Source: Vicinamibacterales bacterium (lineage in GTDB: Bacteria > Acidobacteriota > Vicinamibacteria > Vicinamibacterales > UBA8438). Taken from it: 33,848 nt of DNA. The DNA lies in the NCBI GenBank assembly GCA_030745255.1, contig JASLOY010000001.1:1-33848 (forward strand), written 5' to 3'. Numbering within the stretch: the stretch's first letter is position 1; every line of letters begins with the position of its first letter. The notes beneath the pieces were generated by a model. That model saw only the letters and a program-made list of their open reading frames with translations. It did no database searches and had not been told where the DNA came from. Position numbers and translations under genes: made by a program. Shown in pieces: positions 33,041 through 33,848 of the stretch.

Positions 33041-33247
33041 TTGACCATCACGCTCAATGGCGACCCGTTCGAACTCAACGCACCCATGAACGTCACACAG
33101 TTGCTTCAACAGTTGGACATCGACCATCGGCGCGTGGCGGTCGAGCACAATCTCACCGTCTTGAAGCGCACGGCCTTCGATTCCACCGTGATCAACGAAG
33201 GCGATCAGATCGAGATCGTGAACTTCGTCGGCGGAGGTGTGGAATGA
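33041..33247 (+). CDS. thiS: Sulfur-carrier protein ThiS
   Basis: 68-aa ORF with TTG start. [12 protein letters not shown] ... [12 protein letters not shown] ... [18 protein letters not shown] is the ThiS ubiquitin-like fold pattern with a Gly-Gly near the C-terminus. The stop overlaps the thiG start (ATGA at 33244-33247). Confidence 0.85.
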   Translation: MTITLNGDPFELNAPMNVTQLLQQLDIDHRRVAVEHNLTVLKRTAFDSTVINEGDQIEIVNFVGGGVE

Positions 33248-33848
33248 CCGACGCGTCTCTGACCATTGCCGGCCGGGCGTTCCGCTCCCGTCTGCTCGTC
33301 GGCACGGGGAAGTACCCCTCGAACGACGTCATGGTCCGAGCCCACGAGGCGTCCGGCGCCGAACTCATCACCGTCGCCGTTCGACGGGTCAACATTAGCG
33401 ATCGCAGCAAGGGCTCGCTGCTGGATCACATCGATGCGGCGAAGTACAGCCTGCTCCCGAACACGGCGGGATGCTACACCGCAGAGGACGCCATCCGTAC
33501 GGCGAAGCTGGGACGGGAAGCCGGGCTGTCCAACTGGGTCAAGCTCGAGGTCATCGGGGACGAGCGCACCCTGTTTCCGGACAACGAAGCGCTGATCGCG
33601 GCCACGTGTGAGCTCGTCAAGGACGGCTTCGTCGTCCTGCCCTACACGAACGACGACCCGGTTGCCTGCCGCAAGCTCGAGGAGGCAGGCGCCGCCGCAG
33701 TGATGCCACTCGGGGCGCCCATCGGATCCGGCCTGGGCATCCAGAACCCGAATAACATCGAGATCATCAGAGAAGCCTCTGGCGTGCCGGTCATCGTGGA
33801 CGCCGGCGTGGGCACCGCCTCGGACGCCGCGTTCGCCATGGAACTCGG
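33244..33848 (+). CDS. thiG: Thiazole synthase ThiG (3' end outside window)
   Basis: Not in the ORF track because no stop falls inside the window. My own translation from ATG 33244 is open to the window end: [26 protein letters not shown] ... [18 protein letters not shown] ... [16 protein letters not shown] ... [17 protein letters not shown] ... [22 protein letters not shown]. These are canonical ThiG motifs, including the Schiff-base Lys in KLEVIGD. Confidence 0.93.
   Translation, partial: MTDASLTIAGRAFRSRLLVGTGKYPSNDVMVRAHEASGAELITVAVRRVNISDRSKGSLLDHIDAAKYSLLPNTAGCYTAEDAIRTAKLGREAGLSNWVKLEVIGDERTLFPDNEALIAATCELVKDGFVVLPYTNDDPVACRKLEEAGAAAVMPLGAPIGSGLGIQNPNNIEIIREASGVPVIVDAGVGTASDAAFAMEL

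Noticed and set aside
1-33848. Mobile elements, CRISPR arrays, tRNA/rRNA genes, tandem or long direct repeats, defence-system or toxin-antitoxin modules.
   Set aside because: No transposase, integrase, recombinase, nuclease, helicase or Cas-like motifs appear in any credible frame. No spaced repeat arrays or cloverleaf-like segments were noticed. Intergenic space is too small to hide such elements. Repeat detection by eye is limited, so a self-dot-plot would be the decisive check.

Overview
High-GC bacterial chromosomal segment that is almost entirely coding: about 30 genes, with most intergenic gaps under 90 nt. The genes form five alternately oriented transcription blocks (+ 2-7484; - 7455-14971; + 15058-18527; - 18608-24584; + 24622-32971), followed by thiS-thiG. 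Nearly everything upstream of thiS is glycan assembly or modification:
- 8 GT4 (GT-B) glycosyltransferases
- 3 GT2 enzymes resembling polyprenyl-phosphate-sugar synthases, two with the GtrB/ArnC-like C-terminal TM pair
- 1 GT9 heptosyltransferase-like enzyme
- 6 large polytopic membrane proteins that look like GT-C-type periplasmic transferases, three of them clear paralogues of each other
- a DegT-type sugar aminotransferase, a GNAT, and a CE4-like deacetylase
- 3 intact SAM methyltransferases plus a frameshifted FkbM-like one
- a Wzx/MOP flippase
I saw no rRNA/tRNA, CRISPR, transposase/integrase or recognisable defence/toxin genes.
The most noteworthy observations are:
1. A paralogous trio of membrane proteins shares a distinctive first-loop motif that I cannot assign to a characterised GT-C family.
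2. A membrane/discoidin-domain gene is split exactly at a C7 (G7 on the coding strand) homopolymer tract. This is either phase variation or a homopolymer assembly error.
3. A second frameshifted gene sits in a locally low-GC stretch.
4. The gene set recapitulates the logic of the Arn lipid-linked aminosugar pathway, with a GNAT where ArnA formyltransferase would be.
All functional calls come from reading motifs by eye. No database searches or computations were run.
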